NCBI RefSeq assembly: GCF_018350175.1
Contig: NC_058380.1
Span: forward strand, 1,054,001-1,118,000
Direction: 5' to 3'
Length of the DNA stretch: 64,000 bases
Origin: Felis catus
Lineage: Eukaryota
A model generated the notes under the pieces. It did no database searches, had not been told where the DNA came from, and worked only from the letters and a program-made list of their open reading frames with translations. A program made the position numbers and the translations under genes. Position 1 is the first letter of the stretch; the number at the start of each line of letters is the position of its first letter. This document shows positions 60,165 to 64,000 of the stretch, in pieces.

Positions 60165-63050
60165 TTTCCTCCTTTTGATCAAGATTTTTTTTCTGATCAC
60201 TGATCAGGTTTTCCAAATTCAGTGACCTTTGTCCCTTGGCTCCAGGAAGGCCCTTTTCTGGGTGTCATATCCCACGTTGGAGGGAAATTGTACAGATTGG
60301 AAACCTACTGAGGCAATTTGGATAACAAGGTGGGTCAGGAGGGAGAAACTCTGGGTGCCTCCCTTCTGTTGTCCACATTTGTCAAGGTTATCAGCGCTGG
60401 AGATCATCCCCTTATTGTATGTCATTTTTACACAGGTGTGATGGGCAACAAAATCAAAATAACTATACAAAACAAAAGTAGTTACATGACAATTCCAAAT
60501 GGTGTGATGGTCCTAAACCAGGACTCCCGGGTGTGAGAGTAGCCAACTGAAATATCGATTGGCACTCATTCCGACTTAGGGCAGAAGATTCTCATGAAGG
60601 CCAAGCCGGAGTCGCGTATACCTCCTGGAAGCTTCTGCCTGAAGCTACTGTGAAGGCTGACTAGTGATCACTGCCAGCACGCACTGAAAGGATTAACCGT
60701 CTAAGACGTTCTAAAGCAGTGTTGTTGGGGCGCCTGGGTGGCTCAGTCGGTTAAGCGTCCGACTTCGGCTCAGGTCATGATCTCGAGGTCCGTGCGTTCG
60801 AGCCCCGCGTCGGGCTCTGTGCTGACAGCTCAGAGCCTGAGGCCTGTTTCCGATTCTGTGTCTCCCTCTTTCTCTGACCCTCCTCTGTTCATGCTCTGTC
60901 TCTCTCTGTCTCAAAAATAAGTAAACGTTAAAAAAAATAAAGCAGTGTTGTTATCTCAGAAGAGCTGCTTTGAACCAAATCTGCTATTGGGTAATACAGC
61001 CGTGGTCAGAGACCATGAATTTGGATAAAAATTCAAAGTCAGTTAAGAGTTCAGCTGAAAGAAGACTTTTGTGAATTCTGAACCTTCAAACCCGTTGAAG
61101 AGAACAAGTGAAAATTAACTCGCCCCAGGATCCTCATGAGGCTGTTTCTGCAGAGGCACAATCAAGAGAAGAGGTTCCAGCCCTTGCGAAAGGGCTTGGA
61201 AGAAGCAGACAGGGACACTGTCTTCCTACAAAAGAGAGAAGCAACTGTGAGAAGAAGGTCCACTGGCCTGGTCCAGACCTCATGGGAAAGCTTGGCCAGA
61301 TGTCGTCGGCGTCAGTTCCGGGAAACCCGTACCTTCAGGCCACACCAGATGGCGGGCAGGGCCAGTCAGGCGTCGTCTTTGCACGTGTCCCGTGGATCCG
61401 AGAGTCCGTTCCCTGGACTGTGGCCGCACTTGCCGGCGAGGTTGAAGAGAGTCTTTCTGGAGGCATCTTTTCCGACAGACGAAGTCTCCGGGTTGCCAGG
61501 GGTGATGCAGGACGGCGTGTCCCGGGAGCACGCCGCGCAAAGCTTGCTCTACCAAACCGTGGTTGTTTTTATAGGAGCAGCGAGCCTTGACGCTATGGAA
61601 GGGACCTCCCTTTATGGACTGTGGGTCGAGGAGGCAGGGCCAAGCGGGCCGGACGTCCTGTGACCGTCTCAAAGGGTGAGGGTCCAGGAGTTCCCCGGAG
61701 AATGGATCTGAGATTTAGAAGGACCAGTGGCAGTCTCCACAAGTTCTTCCAGCTGAGACTTCACGATGCCGCGAGTGAGTGTGACAACTCTGAGGACTGA
61801 GCGTGGCGTATGCACAGTGCAAGTGTGGTAACATCACACGGCCGAACAGTGCACACCTAACAAAGCACCTGAATGGTTAAATGCATTCCCTGACTACCAT
61901 GAAGTGTTAGAGGGGCCCCCAGGTGGGAATAATCTTCTTTAACAGAATTTTAGCCACAGCAGAAGCAGTGGCCTGTCTGCAAGGGGAAGGTTTGGCCCAG
62001 TGACAAAACATACAGACCACGACAAGAACATATTTCTTTCCCTGAGGTAGGGAAGCCGTATGAGATCCATTTGCCAAGCCTCGAATGATCTGTTGGGCAG
62101 TTCAGTCTGAGAGACGTGCGGTTTTCCCTGGATTATACCTTGGATGTGGGACGAGCAAAGTAGGCGCTTCCTGTGGGTTCTGCCAGATTCAGCTGAAGGT
62201 TTTGCCCGTGAGGAGAGTGGTAGCTGATCTAACAGGGACAAATGATCAGTGTCTTTGGACTTAGCTCTAGTTAGCTCGGAGAAGGAGCAAACAGAAGACG
62301 TTGAAGGGTCATTTGACTTACCAATTTGGCTACTTTGATTGCTGCTGTCAAATTCTAGGGTTATTTCCCCCTTTGGGGAGGAAGGAGTCGCAGCATGAAA
62401 TTTTTCTAAGACACCTCAGCCCAATAAGCGAATGGGCAGAGGAAGGAAGGAGAAAAGGGCGTGTGTCTCTCAGAGGGCCCAGACGGAGGGAGTGGGTTCA
62501 GGGACGGAACCTGCTGAGGTTTATTGGAGACCCCGCTCTGTGAGCTGTTCCAGTGCTCCGAGGGGAGGGCTGCTTGGTGGTGGCGCGGGGAGCACCGAGA
62601 CTCCAGACGGGCAGAGATTCACTCCCAGTCTGGAGAGTGGTTCCTCCAGGCCGATGAAGAGGGGGGATTGGGAAACGCCAGGAGTTCTGTGGATCCCCCC
62701 TCCCTGGGAATGAGGAGGATATTGGAATAGGTTGGCTAGAGGGTCGAAGGTGCCTGGATCACTCCAGTTGGCAACGGTCTTTCCGCAGCGTCCTGGCCCT
62801 TTGCACTAAGAGCAGAAACCATGAGGTTTTGGTTTTGTTTCGGGGTCTCCGTTCGCTGGAGCTGAAAACTGAGAACTTTCGCAGTCTTTGTTTTGGAGGA
62901 CTCATCTAGGAGTCGGGCAAGCTTGTTCGTCAACTAAGTCTGGGGCAAACATCACTTCCCATTCCATCCCGGTCCTTTTAGCTAAAAGAGAAAGATCCCG
63001 GTTTGACCCTTTAATAAACATAGGGTTACATGCTGCCTGGTTGGATTCAG
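60165..63050 (-). mobile_element. Degenerate, internally deleted class I ERV body (gag, integrase, env remnants)
   Basis: Integrase core FEAWQMDLIRLP / KYVLVVVCMFCHWAKPSPCRQATASAVAKILLKKIIPTWG (about 62100-61915). Integrase C-terminal region HPWQPGDFVCRKRCLQKDSLQPR (about 61510-61435). Gag-like FIKGSNRDLSLLAKRTGMEWE...NKLARLLDES and a ruined zinc knuckle (about 63030-62780). Many stops and frameshifts. Confidence 0.85.
60727..60937 (+). mobile_element. Young CAN-SINE inserted in the ERV
   Basis: Perfect 15-bp TSD TAAAGCAGTGTTGTT at 60712 and 60938. Confidence 0.96.
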
Positions 63051-63693
63051 TGTCTTAAGGAAGATCAAGGTGATTTGGAGCCGGGAGCATAACGCCACGA
63101 ATCGACTTGGTTGGATCACTATGTCATACGCTGAAACTAGGGTAACGTGTGTCAACTCTGTTTCTATAACACAATCAAACAGAGATTAAAAGATTTTGAC
63201 TAATATTCTCTCAAGTCATCATGCTGTCATAAACAAAATAGAAGTACAACAAATAAACTGGGAAAAAAACACTGAGCCATATGACCGTTAAATTGTCAAT
63301 ATTTTTAGATATCAAATGCTATTTTAAGTCAATAACATAAAGCCAAATATTACATAGAAAATATTGAAGGAAGAAATACATCATTCACGAAAGAAAGAAT
63401 ACCAAAGATTTACTGTATAAAGGTTAATTTATAGTAGAAATAAATAGTTCCAATAATGGCATCAACTCTGTTAGTTGTGTTAGCTTAGACAACATGTATT
63501 TACTTTCTATGCCTCAATTTATTAATCTGTGAAATTAGGATTAAAATTAGTAACTACAAAGTTTTTGTGAGACTATATTAGATAAATATGTAAAGTACTC
63601 ACCACAAAAAGTGCTCATTAATGTTGACTATAATTTATCATAATTTTACAAATTTTACCCCCCAAATAAACACATTTTTTAAATACCCATTGC

Positions 63694-63907
63694 GGGGCAC
63701 CTGGGTGGCTCAGTCGGTTAAGCGTCTGACTCTTGATCTCAGCTCAGGTCATAATCTCACGGTTCGTGCGTTCAAGCCCCACATCGGGCTCTGTGCTGAC
63801 AGCATGGAGTCTGCTTGGGGCGCTCTCTCCCTCTCTCTCTGCCCCTCCCCTGCTCGCACATGTGCTTTCTCTCTCTTTCAAAATAAGTAAATAAACTTAA
63901 CAAATTG
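63694..63907 (+). mobile_element. CAN-SINE
   Basis: 13-bp TSD AAATACCCATTGC at 63681 and 63908. Confidence 0.95.
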
Positions 63908-64000
63908 AAATACCCATTGCTTGGAAGGTTGTATGGAAACGTGCACTTATGTATTGCTTGTGGTTATGTAACTTTAGAAATTACACATATCTAAGAGTTA

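Noticed and set aside
44200-64000. WNK2 coding exons expected by synteny
   Set aside because: No kinase or WNK-like peptide found. The gene probably begins beyond the window.

Overview
GC-rich mammalian genomic DNA, almost certainly from a felid: it carries many tRNA-derived carnivore SINEs of the feline SINEC_Fc type and four short N gaps. It holds the conserved SUSD3-CARD19-NINJ1 cluster. SUSD3 exons 2-5 lie on + (exon 1 is outside the window). CARD19/BinCARD is complete on + (6 exons, 183 aa, GC-box-rich CpG promoter). NINJ1 is complete and convergent on - (3 coding exons plus a 3'UTR exon, 151 aa). All exon junctions were rebuilt by hand with GT-AG and phase checks. The rest is repeats: SINEs, antisense L1, Tigger1/Tigger2a, MER21 and MLT LTRs, a degenerate class I ERV (gag, integrase, env remnants, PPT, 3' LTR), a related solo LTR and several minisatellites. 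Most long ORFs in the track are GC-richness or repeat artefacts, and I see no new protein-coding system. Best leads: (1) a CpG-rich solo LTR with two intact CCAAT boxes, a lost poly(A) signal and a strong splice donor downstream; (2) a tandem GTGT splice donor in NINJ1 that could make a frameshifted, NMD-type isoform; (3) a one-residue deletion in the NINJ1 N-terminal adhesion motif; (4) a perfectly palindromic CTCF motif in CARD19 intron 2; (5) an AP-1/PU.1/kB motif cluster between CARD19 and NINJ1. Comparisons to human and mouse are from memory, and repeat family names are unverified.
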